Shown: one piece after another, positions 17,493-27,039 of the stretch
Numbering within the stretch: the stretch's first letter is position 1
Layout: each line of letters begins with the position of its first letter
NCBI GenBank assembly: GCA_963783335.1
Contig: CAWAND010000010.1
Coordinates: forward strand, 1,397,990-1,461,989
Direction of reading: 5' to 3'
DNA: 64,000 bases
Origin: an uncultured Chloroflexia bacterium
Lineage (GTDB): Bacteria; Chloroflexota; Anaerolineae; Anaerolineales; E44-bin32
Position numbers and translations under genes: made by a program
The notes under the pieces: model-generated
The model's input: only the letters and a program-made list of their open reading frames with translations
What the model was told of the DNA's origin: nothing
Database searches by the model: none

Positions 17493-18755
17493 ATGAGCTG
17501 GTCCGCTGGCAGAGAACAGGTGCTTGAATGTTGCGTGCACTTGCCCGAACAGACCAACTGGCCGGGTTGGCTGCCGCGCATGGCCTTTGCGCCGCGCGGC
17601 AAGGCCCCCCGAGGGGATGTGCTCCTGGTGGTCTTCCTGCGCGGGGCCGCCGATATGCTGAACGTGGTCGTCCCGCATGGGGAAGAAGCTTACTACCAGA
17701 TGCGACCAACCTTGGCGATCCCTCGCCCGGATGACCAGCGTGCCAAGGCGACCGAAAGGGTGATTGATCTGGACGGATTCTTCGGGCTTCACCCGTCGAT
17801 GTCCCCGCTCCTTCCCGCGTGGCGGGCGGGTCACCTTGGTATCGTCCATGCCTGCGGCGCGCCAGACGAGTCACGCAGCCACTTCCGGGCGATGGAGCTG
17901 ATGGAGCGGGGGGTGACCGATGAGCGGGGACCCGCCTCCGGTTGGGTGGGCCGCCATCTGGCCAGTCTCGATACGGGAAACGCCTCCCCGCTCAGAGCGA
18001 TTGGCCTGGGTGAACAAGCTCCGCGCAGTTTGAGGGGCCGGGTCCCGGTGACCGCACTGAAGTCGATCGCCGATTTTCACCTGCGAGGCGATTTGCGGGC
18101 GACGTCCAGGATGCAGACGATCCTTTCAAGCCTGTACCAGGACGACGAGGCTCTGTCCGGGGTGGCCATTGAGACCCTGGACGTCCTGCATACCCTAAAG
18201 AAGCTCGACCCGGCGAGCTATGTGCCCTCCGGCGGGGCGCGCTATCCGGGAACGGATTTCGGGATGGGTCTGAAGCAGGTGGCCATGCTGATCAAATCTG
18301 ACGTGGGTCTCGAAGTGGCGGCCATTGATCTGGGAGGATGGGATACCCATTTCTCGCAGGGGGGCAGCCAGGGGCTGATGTCGGGCCTGATGGATGACCT
18401 GGCGGCGGGCCTGGCGGGTCTGCATGCGGATCTCGGCTTGGCCATGGGGGCCGTGTCGATCGTGGTGATGTCCGAATTCGGCCGGCGAGCCTATGAGAAT
18501 GCCAGCTTAGGAACGGATCATGGTCATGGGGGTGCGCTGTTGTTGTTGAGCGGCCAAGTGCGTGGTGGGGAGGTGCACGGAAGCTGGCCCGGGATGGCAG
18601 ACGGCCAACTCTTCGGCCCGGGAGATCTGGCTGTGACGACCGACTACCGCGACGTCCTGAGTGAACTGTGCCGAAAGCGGCTTAACAACCCGGCTGTGAA
18701 TCAAGTGTTTCCTGACTTCGCGGCCAAGGAGACCAACATGTTCACGTCAAGCTAA
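17493..18755 (+). CDS. DUF1501 family (sulfatase-like fold) protein
   Basis: 420 aa, GGAGG 7 nt upstream. VVFLRGAADMLNVVVP, GGWDTH, SEFGRR..NASLGTDHGHGG blocks typical of DUF1501, the usual partner of DUF1800. Confidence 0.75.
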   Translation: MSWSAGREQVLECCVHLPEQTNWPGWLPRMAFAPRGKAPRGDVLLVVFLRGAADMLNVVVPHGEEAYYQMRPTLAIPRPDDQRAKATERVIDLDGFFGLHPSMSPLLPAWRAGHLGIVHACGAPDESRSHFRAMELMERGVTDERGPASGWVGRHLASLDTGNASPLRAIGLGEQAPRSLRGRVPVTALKSIADFHLRGDLRATSRMQTILSSLYQDDEALSGVAIETLDVLHTLKKLDPASYVPSGGARYPGTDFGMGLKQVAMLIKSDVGLEVAAIDLGGWDTHFSQGGSQGLMSGLMDDLAAGLAGLHADLGLAMGAVSIVVMSEFGRRAYENASLGTDHGHGGALLLLSGQVRGGEVHGSWPGMADGQLFGPGDLAVTTDYRDVLSELCRKRLNNPAVNQVFPDFAAKETNMFTSS

Positions 18756-18820
18756 GTGCCCTAGGCCGTTCAAGGGGCCCCCGAACAACTTACAGAAACG
18801 TGTCAAACGACCCGTGGTGG

Positions 18821-18849
18821 TGGTCAAAAGCACCGCCATTCGTTACAAT
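18821..18849 (+). promoter_or_regulatory. Candidate promoter TGGTCA-N17-TACAAT upstream of the kinase
   Basis: TACAAT at 18844-18849, 54 nt before the kinase ATG. Confidence 0.35.
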
Positions 18850-18902
18850 ACTTTCGTCATACGCCACTGAGAGCCTCGGACCACCCACGGGTTGAATTCT
18901 GA

Positions 18903-20928
18903 ATGCCGCTAAAAGTCGGCGAAATGCTGAGGCAACGCTACCGCATCGAAGAAACCCTCGGCCAGGGGGGCATGGGCGCTGTCTACCGTGCCACCGATGT
19001 CAACCTGGGAGTGCAGGTCGCCGTCAAAGAAAACCTCTTCACCACCGAAGAGTACGCCCGCCAATTCCGACGCGAAGCTACTATCCTGGCCAGCCTACGC
19101 CACAGCGCCCTGCCACGCGTGACGGATCACTTCGTCATCGAAGGCGAAGGCCAGTACCTGGTGATGGACTTCATCGAGGGGGAAGACCTGCGGGAACGGC
19201 TCGAACGCGACGGGCCGGTTCAAGAGGACATGGCCATCCGCTGGTTTGTTGAGGTCTGCGACGCGTTGGCCTATCTGCATACGCGCACACCTCCCATCGT
19301 CCACCGCGACATCAAACCAGGAAACATCAAGATCACACCCGACGATCACGCCGTGCTGGTTGACTTCGGTTTGGCCAAGGTGCTTGAGGAAAGTGGAAGC
19401 ACAACGACCGGAGCCAAGGCGATGACACCGGGCTTCTCACCGCCCGAGCAGTACGGAGCAGGTCGGACGGATCCGCGCACCGATATCTATGCCCTGGCTG
19501 CCACACTGTACACTGCGTTGACGGCTTCCATTCCGGAGGATTCTCTCGAACGGGCCATGGGGCGAGCGAGCCTCACCCCAATTCGTCGGCGGAACCCCAA
19601 GGTCTCATCAGCTCTGTCGCGGGCGATCGAACGGGCGCTGGCGTTGGAGCCGGATGAACGCTTCCAGACCATGAGCGAATTTGCTGCGGCTTTAGCAGCC
19701 AGTGGTTCGGCGACCAGTCCGGCCAACACCAAGGGTTATCCCTATCTGGAACGGACGGTGGTTCCGGCTGCCAAGACTGTGGTGGGGTCGTCCCCGGTGC
19801 CGGCGTTCAAGCCGAGAACCGAAAACCGCCGGTGGCCGATCTACGGTCTCGTGATGGTGACGGTGGTCACCATCGCCGCCGGAGCTATCTACGCGCTGCC
19901 CGGCCTTGGCCGTGGTCGCAATGGTCCGCCGGCGACCAGCAGCGGGGTGGTGGCCACACAAGTCGGCCAGTCACCTGATGGGACGCCGGCGGCCACGCAG
20001 TCCGGGGGGGGCGGTTCCCCCACTTCGACGGTCGTAGATGTGGTTCAGCCGACACGCGTGTCGGCTCCGACGCCGACCCCACCCGGTGGGGGCATAGGTC
20101 AGTTGGCGTTTGCATCCAATCGCGATGGGCTGCCCCAGGTCTATGTAATGAACATCGACGGCACGGGAGTGCACAAAGTCACCGACCTTTCGGATGGTGC
20201 CTGCCAGCCGGCCTGGTCGCCGGACGGCCAAAAGCTGGCGTTCACATCTCCCTGTCGGTCCAATCGGAGCCTGTATCCGGGCTCGAGCGTCTGGATCATC
20301 AACGCGGATGGCAGCGGGCTGAGGGCTCTCGCCTCCGCACCGGGCGGTGATTTCGATCCGTCCTGGTCGCCGATCGGCGACAAAGTCGCCTTCACCTCGC
20401 TGGAAGACGGACACCCACAGATTTACGTGATGAATGTGGATGGCAAGGACCGCACCAATCTGAGCAACAACCGCGCCAGTGACAGCGACCCAAGCTGGTC
20501 CCCGTCGGGGAGCCAGATCATCTTCACCTCCATCCGCAACAAGGTGGCGGAGGTATGGATTATGCCGGCTGATGGGGGGGATGCTGCCCGCTTCTCGCGC
20601 AGCGGAGGGCGAGAGGATTCCCAACCCAGCTGGTCGCCAGATGGCAAGTACGTTGCATTTGATCAAGTTGTCGGAGGCGTATCGCGCCTGGTGGCAATGC
20701 AGTACAAAGAGGGCGACTTGCCCGAGTTCGCGCATATGCCCTGAGGGGCCGCTCTCGGTTCAGCCAATGGCCGAGCCGGCTTGGTCCCCCGACGGGCAGT
20801 GGCTGGCGTTTGAAACGTGGCCAACTGGTGTCGATCACGAGATCGCGCTGGTCACGTCAAGTTGTGCCAACTACACCGAACTGACATCGCACACCGGGCT
20901 CAACTTTGACGCAGCGTGGCGGCCCTGA
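18903..20928 (+). pseudogene. Ser/Thr protein kinase - TM - PD40 beta-propeller fusion, last blade displaced by a frameshift near 20724-20730
   Basis: Hanks kinase motifs (GQGGMGAVY, VAVK, HRDIKPGNI, DFGLAK, TPGFSPPE), one TM (WPIYGLVMVTVVTIAAGAIYAL), then repeated WSPDG blades. ORF ends ..DLPEFAHMP*. The +1 frame (tail of ORF 20479..20928) continues RICPEGPLSVQPMAEPAWSPDGQWLAFETW..AAWRP. Confidence 0.85.
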
Positions 20929-20961
20929 CTTCGCCACGCCCAAACCAAGAAGGTGAACAAG

Positions 20962-21843
20962 ATGACTGCGAAATTGATCGACGGAACGGCCCTGGCGGCT
21001 GAGATTCGGGCCGATGTGGCGCGCCAGGTGGAGGCGTTGGTGGCAAAGGGCATGCCCAAGCCCGGCCTGGCGACGGTCCTGGTCGGAGATGACCCGGCCT
21101 CGCACAGGTACGTGCGCTCCAAGCGAAAGGCGTGCGAGGAAGTCGGGATCGAATCCATCCATCATGAACTCCCAGCTGACACGCCCCAAGAGAAGATTAT
21201 CGAGCTGGTCCGCGACCTCAACGCAGATGAGCGCGTGCACGGGATCCTGGTTCAGCTGCCGCTGCCTCCGGGCAATGACGAAGAGGCTGTGCTCACCACG
21301 GTCAGTGTGGACAAGGATGTGGATGGATTCCATCCGGTAAACCTCGGCCGCCTGGCCCAGAAAGGCCGGGAGCCGTCTTTTGTCCCTTGCACGCCAGCCG
21401 GCTGCATCGAATTGCTCAAGCACGCCGGGGCCAAGCTGGAGGGCGCCAACGCGGTGGTCGTCGGCCGCTCCAATATCGTGGGCATGCCTGTTTCCCTGCT
21501 GCTGGTCCGCGAGAACGCCACAGTCACCATCTGCCACTCGCGAACGCGGGACCTGCCCGATGTATGCCGCCGGGCCGACGTCCTGATCGCGGCCATCGGA
21601 CGCGGTGAGATGATCCGGGGCGACTGGATTAAGCCCGGTGCGTACGTGGTCGATGTGGGGATCGATCACGTTGACGATCCGACCAAAAAGAAGGGCTATC
21701 GTCTGACCGGCGATGTGGCCTTTGATGAAGCTCTAGAGGTGGCAGGGGCGATTACCCCCGTACCGGGAGGCGTCGGACCCATGACGATCGCCATGCTGCT
21801 GAAGAGCACGCTGAACGCCGCAAAAAGAGCGTCTTCAGGCTGA
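20962..21843 (+). CDS. folD: Bifunctional methylenetetrahydrofolate dehydrogenase/methenyl-THF cyclohydrolase
   Basis: MTAKLIDGTALAAEIR..GLATVLVGDDPASHRYVRSKRKACEEVGI..VQLPLP..VVGRSNIVGMP..PVPGGVGPMTIAML. Confidence 0.95.
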   Translation: MTAKLIDGTALAAEIRADVARQVEALVAKGMPKPGLATVLVGDDPASHRYVRSKRKACEEVGIESIHHELPADTPQEKIIELVRDLNADERVHGILVQLPLPPGNDEEAVLTTVSVDKDVDGFHPVNLGRLAQKGREPSFVPCTPAGCIELLKHAGAKLEGANAVVVGRSNIVGMPVSLLLVRENATVTICHSRTRDLPDVCRRADVLIAAIGRGEMIRGDWIKPGAYVVDVGIDHVDDPTKKKGYRLTGDVAFDEALEVAGAITPVPGGVGPMTIAMLLKSTLNAAKRASSG

Positions 21844-21886
21844 TACTGGGTCCGCAAAGATGGGGACGAATGTCATGTGTGGGTTG

Positions 21887-21928
21887 AATTGTCAGACAAT
21901 TGACGCACACTTCTGCCGGTGCTAGACT
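21887..21928 (+). promoter_or_regulatory. Promoter TTGACG-N17(TGc)-TAGACT overlapped by the perfect palindrome AATTGTC-A-GACAATT
   Basis: Palindrome 21887-21901. -35 at 21900-21905, -10 at 21923-21928. CCAGGAGG RBS, then ATG 21953. The GT-N3-AC core resembles GntR/HutC-type operators, and a GntR gene lies in the operon. Confidence 0.55.
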
Positions 21929-21952
21929 GAATCTACATTCCCAGGAGGCGCT

Positions 21953-23332
21953 ATGCCTACGCTTCTGGTCCGCAACGCCTCGGTCATGGTCACCATGGAC
22001 GAGGAGCGTCGGGAGATTGCCAACGGTGGGCTTTTCGCCAAGGATGGGTGGATCGAACAGGTCGGCCCGTCCGATGAGCTGCCCGACGGGGCCGATATTG
22101 TGGTCGACGCCCAGGATCACCTGGTGCTGCCCGGCCTGATCAACACACATCACCATCTGTACCAAACTCTCACTCGGGCAGTCCCGGCGGCCCAGGATTC
22201 CAATCTCTTCGGTTGGCTCAAGACGCTGTATCCGATCTGGGCCCGCATGTCGGCGGAAGACATCCGCCTTTCCACCCAGCTTGGATTGGCTGAGCTTGCG
22301 CTCTCCGGCTGCACAACCGCCTCGGATCATCTGTACATCTTTCCCAATGATTGCCGGCTGGATGACGAGATACTGGCCGCACGCGATATTGGGCTGCGGC
22401 TGCACGCCTCACGTGGGTCGATGAGTCTGGGCGAAAGCCAAGGCGGCTTGCCGCCGGACCGGGTGGTGGAAGATGAAGATGCCATCCTGCAGGACACTCA
22501 ACGTGTAATTGAGACTTATCACCAATCGGAACCGGGTGCCATGGTCCAGTTGGTGGTGGCGCCCTGCTCGCCGTTTTCGGTGACGCCAGACCTGATGCGC
22601 CAATCCGCCGACCTGGCCAGATCTGCCGGGGTGCATCTGCACACACACCTGGCTGAGACCTTGGATGAAGAGTCGTTTTGCCTTGAGAGCTTCGGCTACC
22701 GGCCGTTGGCCTTTGTGGAACGGTTGGACTGGGCGGGCGATGACGTGTGGTTTGCCCATGCGGTGCACATCAACTCGGAGGAAGTCGGCCGAATGGCGAG
22801 CGCCGGAAGCGGGGTGGCCCACTGTCCGGGTTCCAACATGCGCTTGGCGAGTGGGCTGGCACCGGTCAGACGATATCGGAAGGCTGGCGTGAATGTGGGT
22901 CTGGGCGTGGATGGCTCAGCCAGCAACGATAGCTCCCACCTGCTGGCGGAAGCTCGCCTAGCAATGCTCCTCTCGCGCGTCGGATCGGCAATAGCGCCCG
23001 AGGTCGATCCGGGCGAGGGATTGCTGACCGCTCGGCAGGCGCTGGAAATGGCCACGCTGGGCGGGGCGGCCGTCCTTGGGCGAAAGGACATCGGGGCGTT
23101 GGCGCCAGGGATGTGCGCGGATTTCATCGGCATCGATTTGGGTCAAATCGCCTATGCCGGCGGTTTGCACGATCCAGCAGCCGCGGCGGTTTTCTGCACG
23201 CCGACGAATGTGTCATTCAACTACGTGCACGGTAGGCCCGTAGTATCAGAAGGCCAGGTGACCGGCGTCGACATGAATGTGTTGATCGAAAAACACAACC
23301 GGGCGGCCTTGGCCTTGATTCGGGGCGACTGA
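21953..23332 (+). CDS. Amidohydrolase of the 8-oxoguanine deaminase / AtzB-like clade
   Basis: 459 aa. LLVRNASVMVTMD..PGLINTHHHLYQTLTRAVPAAQDSNLFGWLKTLYPIW is the block I associate with 8-oxoguanine deaminase-type enzymes. Metal ligands HxH, H, H, D present. Confidence 0.75.
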   Translation: MPTLLVRNASVMVTMDEERREIANGGLFAKDGWIEQVGPSDELPDGADIVVDAQDHLVLPGLINTHHHLYQTLTRAVPAAQDSNLFGWLKTLYPIWARMSAEDIRLSTQLGLAELALSGCTTASDHLYIFPNDCRLDDEILAARDIGLRLHASRGSMSLGESQGGLPPDRVVEDEDAILQDTQRVIETYHQSEPGAMVQLVVAPCSPFSVTPDLMRQSADLARSAGVHLHTHLAETLDEESFCLESFGYRPLAFVERLDWAGDDVWFAHAVHINSEEVGRMASAGSGVAHCPGSNMRLASGLAPVRRYRKAGVNVGLGVDGSASNDSSHLLAEARLAMLLSRVGSAIAPEVDPGEGLLTARQALEMATLGGAAVLGRKDIGALAPGMCADFIGIDLGQIAYAGGLHDPAAAAVFCTPTNVSFNYVHGRPVVSEGQVTGVDMNVLIEKHNRAALALIRGD

Positions 23333-23371
23333 TGTCTGCCCCTTTTACCGTTGTCTTCATGAGGTGTTTGC

Positions 23372-25171
23372 ATGTCTGATCGTGATTGGAGTGAGATCTC
23401 GCGTGAGCTGACCGATGTCGCCATGGGGCGCATCCCGGCGGACATGATCATTCGCAAGGGGAAATGGGTTTGTGTCCAATCGGGTGAAATCATCGACGAG
23501 ATCGACGTCGCCATCAAGGGCGAACGCATTGCCTACGTCGGTCAGGGCAGCCAGCATTGTGAGGGGCCAGAAACGCAAATCATCGACGCCGAAGGCCGCT
23601 ATCTGGTGCCTGGCTTGATCGACGGCCACATGCACGTCGAATCGGGCATGGTCACGGTCACCGAGTTCGTGCGGGCCGTCCTACCCCATGGGACGACGGC
23701 GATGTTCATTGACCCCCACGAAATCGCCAACGTGTTCGGCCTGAAGGGTGTTCGAATGATGGTGGATGAAGCCGCCATCCAGCCCGTGCATGTCTGGGTC
23801 GAAATGCCCTCATGTGTCCCGTCCGCGCCCGGCCTTGAAACGCCGGGCGCCGTGTTAGGGCCAGATGATGTGGCCGAAGCCATGACCTGGCCAGGGATCG
23901 TTGGGTTGGGTGAGATGATGAACTTTCCCGGCGTGTTTAACAGCGACGAGAAGATGCACGCAGAGATGGCGCGCACTCGGGAGGCGGGCAAGGTCATCGG
24001 CGGCCATTATGCAGCTCTCGATCTGGGGCTTCCCTTCCACGGCTACGTCGCTGGGGGGGCGGAAGACGATCATGAAGGCACGCGGGTCGAGGACGCGGTG
24101 GCCAGGGTCAGGCAGGGGATGAAAGCCATGCTTCGCTTGGGCTCGGCGTGGCACGATGTCGCTGCGCAACTCCCGGCGATCACCGAACTGGGGCTGGACC
24201 CGCGGCACTTCATCCTGGTCACGGACGATTCTCACTCAGGAACCTTGGTGCACGACGGGCATATGGACCGCGTCGTGCGGCATGCCATCGATCTAGGCCT
24301 CGATCCGATGATCGCCCTGCAGATGGCGACATTGAACCCGGCTGAGCATTTCGGTCTGGCGCGCGACATCGGGCAGATCGCACCCGGCCGGTACGCGGAT
24401 GTTGTGCTGGTCCAGGACCTTAAAGATTTCCATGCCGATCAAGTTGTTGCCAGAGGCCAGCTGGCGGCCAGCGGGGGCGAGCTCCTGTTGGATGTCCCCC
24501 AATTCAGCTACCCAGCCGAAGTCAAGGCCTCGGTCCGCCTGGGGCGACAGCTGACCGCCGGTGATTTCGCAGTGCCCACCCGGGCCGAGGGCAGCGTAGA
24601 AGTCAATGTGATCGGCGTCATCGAGAATCAAGCACCGACCAGGCACTTGCGGCTGGAACTGCCTGTGGCTGATGGCCAGGTGCTGTGCGACAACGACCAG
24701 AATGTGGCCAAGGTGGCGCTCGTTGAACGGCATCGCGGCACCGGGGAGGTGCAGGTCGGCTTCGTGCAGGGCTTTGGGATCAATACAGACTGCGCATTTG
24801 GCTCGACCGTGGCACACGATTCCCACCACATGCTCATTGTGGGCACCAAGGATGAGGACATGGCCATTGCCGCCAACGAACTCGCCCGCGTCGGCGGCGG
24901 ACAGATTGTGGTGCGTGAGGGGAACGGTGAGGCGTTGGTCGAGCTGCCCATCGCTGGCCTTATGTCCAACGAGCGCGCCGAGATCGTGGCTGATAAGGCT
25001 GAATCGGTGCTGGCGGCGATGAGGGACTGCGGTTGTGATTTGAACAACGCCAATATGCAGCTCAGCCTTTTGGCCCTGGTCGTGATTCCAGAGCTGCGCA
25101 TCTCCGATCGCGGCCTGGTGGACGTCGAAACCTTTGCAGTTATCCCGGTGATCGCCGAGGAGGCTGACTAA
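23372..25171 (+). CDS. ade: Adenine deaminase
   Basis: 599 aa. PGLIDGHMHVESGMVT..HGTTAMFIDPHEIANV..and the C-terminal Ade-specific domain (NLCDNDQNVAKVALVERH..GFVQGFG..STVAHDSHH). Confidence 0.88.
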   Translation: MSDRDWSEISRELTDVAMGRIPADMIIRKGKWVCVQSGEIIDEIDVAIKGERIAYVGQGSQHCEGPETQIIDAEGRYLVPGLIDGHMHVESGMVTVTEFVRAVLPHGTTAMFIDPHEIANVFGLKGVRMMVDEAAIQPVHVWVEMPSCVPSAPGLETPGAVLGPDDVAEAMTWPGIVGLGEMMNFPGVFNSDEKMHAEMARTREAGKVIGGHYAALDLGLPFHGYVAGGAEDDHEGTRVEDAVARVRQGMKAMLRLGSAWHDVAAQLPAITELGLDPRHFILVTDDSHSGTLVHDGHMDRVVRHAIDLGLDPMIALQMATLNPAEHFGLARDIGQIAPGRYADVVLVQDLKDFHADQVVARGQLAASGGELLLDVPQFSYPAEVKASVRLGRQLTAGDFAVPTRAEGSVEVNVIGVIENQAPTRHLRLELPVADGQVLCDNDQNVAKVALVERHRGTGEVQVGFVQGFGINTDCAFGSTVAHDSHHMLIVGTKDEDMAIAANELARVGGGQIVVREGNGEALVELPIAGLMSNERAEIVADKAESVLAAMRDCGCDLNNANMQLSLLALVVIPELRISDRGLVDVETFAVIPVIAEEAD

Positions 25172-25172
25172 C

Positions 25173-25919
25173 TTGGCACGCAGAAAACGGGGCAAGCGGA
25201 CCCGACCCCTGTACCAGAAGACGGCCGACGCATTGGAGAAGATGCTGGCGGGACTCTCGCCGGGTACCTTCCTCCCGTCCGAGCCTGATTTGGCCAAAAA
25301 GCTGGGGGTTTCACGCGCCACGCTGCGGGAGGCAATGCGACCACTGGAGGCGAAGGGGCGTGTGGTCCGCCGTCAGGGCGTGGGGACATATGTCGTTGAG
25401 CCGCCCCAGGTGATCGAAACCGGCCTGGAAGTGCTGACCAGCATCCAGGCTTTGGCCTCGCGCATGGGGATGACTGTTGAAATGACGGATCTAAACGTCA
25501 CCGTGCGGCGCATCGACGGGCCCGATGACAGCCCGCTCCAGAGCCCGCAAGGGGGGCGCGTGGTGGACGTCTCCCGGGTCATCGTCGCCACCGACAGGCC
25601 GGTCGCCTACCTTGTGGACACCGTGCCTGAGGATATCCTCTCCGCCGAATCGCTTAGGGAAGACTTCGACGGTTCGGTGCTCGAGATCCTCCAAATGCGC
25701 GGCGAGCCGGAACTCGATCGGTCTCAGGCCGAGATCACAGCCACGACCGCCACCTCCAAGATCGCCAAGAGTCTCGGCATCCAGCGGGGTGACGTCCTCT
25801 TGTATCTGGAAGCCTGCCTGTACGACTCATCCGGCCGTGTTGTCGACCATTCACGCAGTTATTTCTTGCCCGGCACTTTTCGTTTTCATGTTGTACGCCG
25901 GGTGGACCAAGCAATGTAG
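25173..25919 (+). CDS. GntR-family (HutC/UTRA subfamily) transcriptional regulator
   Basis: TTG start 1 nt after the ade stop. wHTH LPSEPDLAKKLGVSRATLREAMRPLEAKGRVVRRQGVGTYV plus a UTRA-like effector domain. Confidence 0.85.
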   Translation: MARRKRGKRTRPLYQKTADALEKMLAGLSPGTFLPSEPDLAKKLGVSRATLREAMRPLEAKGRVVRRQGVGTYVVEPPQVIETGLEVLTSIQALASRMGMTVEMTDLNVTVRRIDGPDDSPLQSPQGGRVVDVSRVIVATDRPVAYLVDTVPEDILSAESLREDFDGSVLEILQMRGEPELDRSQAEITATTATSKIAKSLGIQRGDVLLYLEACLYDSSGRVVDHSRSYFLPGTFRFHVVRRVDQAM

Positions 25920-25949
25920 CTCAGGGAGGAGGCGGCAAAGAGCACGATT

Positions 25950-25965
25950 TGTGAATTCTTTCACA
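25950..25965. promoter_or_regulatory. CRP/FNR-type palindrome TGTGA-N6-TCACA
   Basis: TGTGAATTCTTTCACA, perfect 5-bp arms with a 6-nt spacer, centred about 71 nt upstream of the carbamoyltransferase ATG. Confidence 0.4.
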
Positions 25966-26028
25966 TAGTGACGCCCAGTGCGTCTCGAACGATAGAGAGC
26001 ATCAATCCAGAATAGAGGAGAATGCACG

Positions 26029-26979
26029 ATGAGAAGTTTTGCAGGACGCGACATTCTGTCGCTTAAGGAATTTGAACGTGAAGAGTTCTTCCGGGTGTTC
26101 GAAGTTGCCGATGAATTGGCGCCGTTCGCCCGTGATCGACGCAATACCGACCTCTTGGCCCACAAGACCATGCTGACGGCCTTCTACCAGCCGAGCACGC
26201 GAACTCGCATGGCGCACGAAGCCGCCATGCACCGCTTGGGCGGGCATGTGCTCGGGTTCGCCGATGTCAAGAACACGCGCGCCGGGGACTTCTATCAAGA
26301 GTCGATCAAAGACACCGTCCACATGTTGGAGTTCTACGGCGATGTGATCGTGATGCGCCACTTCCAACAGGGTGCGCCGGCCGAGGCGGCCCGTTGGGCG
26401 AGCATCCCCATCATCAATGCCGGCGACGGTTGGGGTGAACATCCCACCCAGGTGCTGACCGACATGTACACCATCTACAAGGAGCGGGGCACACTCGATG
26501 GCCTGCATTTCCTCTTGGTGGGTGACATGCGCATGCGCACAATGCATTCCATGAGCTATGCCATGTCGCAGTTTGACATCGAGGCGACATACATTTCGCC
26601 GCCGGAAATGTCGCTGACCGATGAGTTCAAGGCCGAGATCGACAAGCTCAACTTGCGCTATCGCGAGGTTGATCACATCAACGAGGCCATCGCAGATGCG
26701 GACGTGATCTACATGGAGCCCGTGGTGCAGCCGGACTACACGAAGGCGCGCGACGAGCGGTCCGGCGACGTCGGCCTCACGCCGGCCAACTATCAGGTCA
26801 CTTTGGACGTGATGAAGAAGGCCAAGCCAGACTCGATCATTCTGCATTCACTGCCGCGGATGGACGAGCTCCTTCCAGAAGTCGACGCCACACGTCATGC
26901 CCGCTATTGGGTGGAAGCGTTCAACGGCGTTGTGATGCGCATGTCGCTGTTGGCTCTGGTTCTGGGGATGATGGAGTAG
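26029..26979 (+). CDS. Aspartate-carbamoyltransferase-like transcarbamylase with divergent second-substrate loop
   Basis: 316 aa. STRTR, GEHPTQ and HSLPRMDEL motifs as in PyrB. The usual S-x-x-KGE-x-x-DT loop reads KNTRAGDFYQESIKDT. Confidence 0.7.
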   Translation: MRSFAGRDILSLKEFEREEFFRVFEVADELAPFARDRRNTDLLAHKTMLTAFYQPSTRTRMAHEAAMHRLGGHVLGFADVKNTRAGDFYQESIKDTVHMLEFYGDVIVMRHFQQGAPAEAARWASIPIINAGDGWGEHPTQVLTDMYTIYKERGTLDGLHFLLVGDMRMRTMHSMSYAMSQFDIEATYISPPEMSLTDEFKAEIDKLNLRYREVDHINEAIADADVIYMEPVVQPDYTKARDERSGDVGLTPANYQVTLDVMKKAKPDSIILHSLPRMDELLPEVDATRHARYWVEAFNGVVMRMSLLALVLGMME

Positions 26980-27039
26980 CGTGCCATGCGGGCCGCGGGG
27001 TGATGCCCCGGTGGTCCCTGACATGAGCAGGAGGTGATG

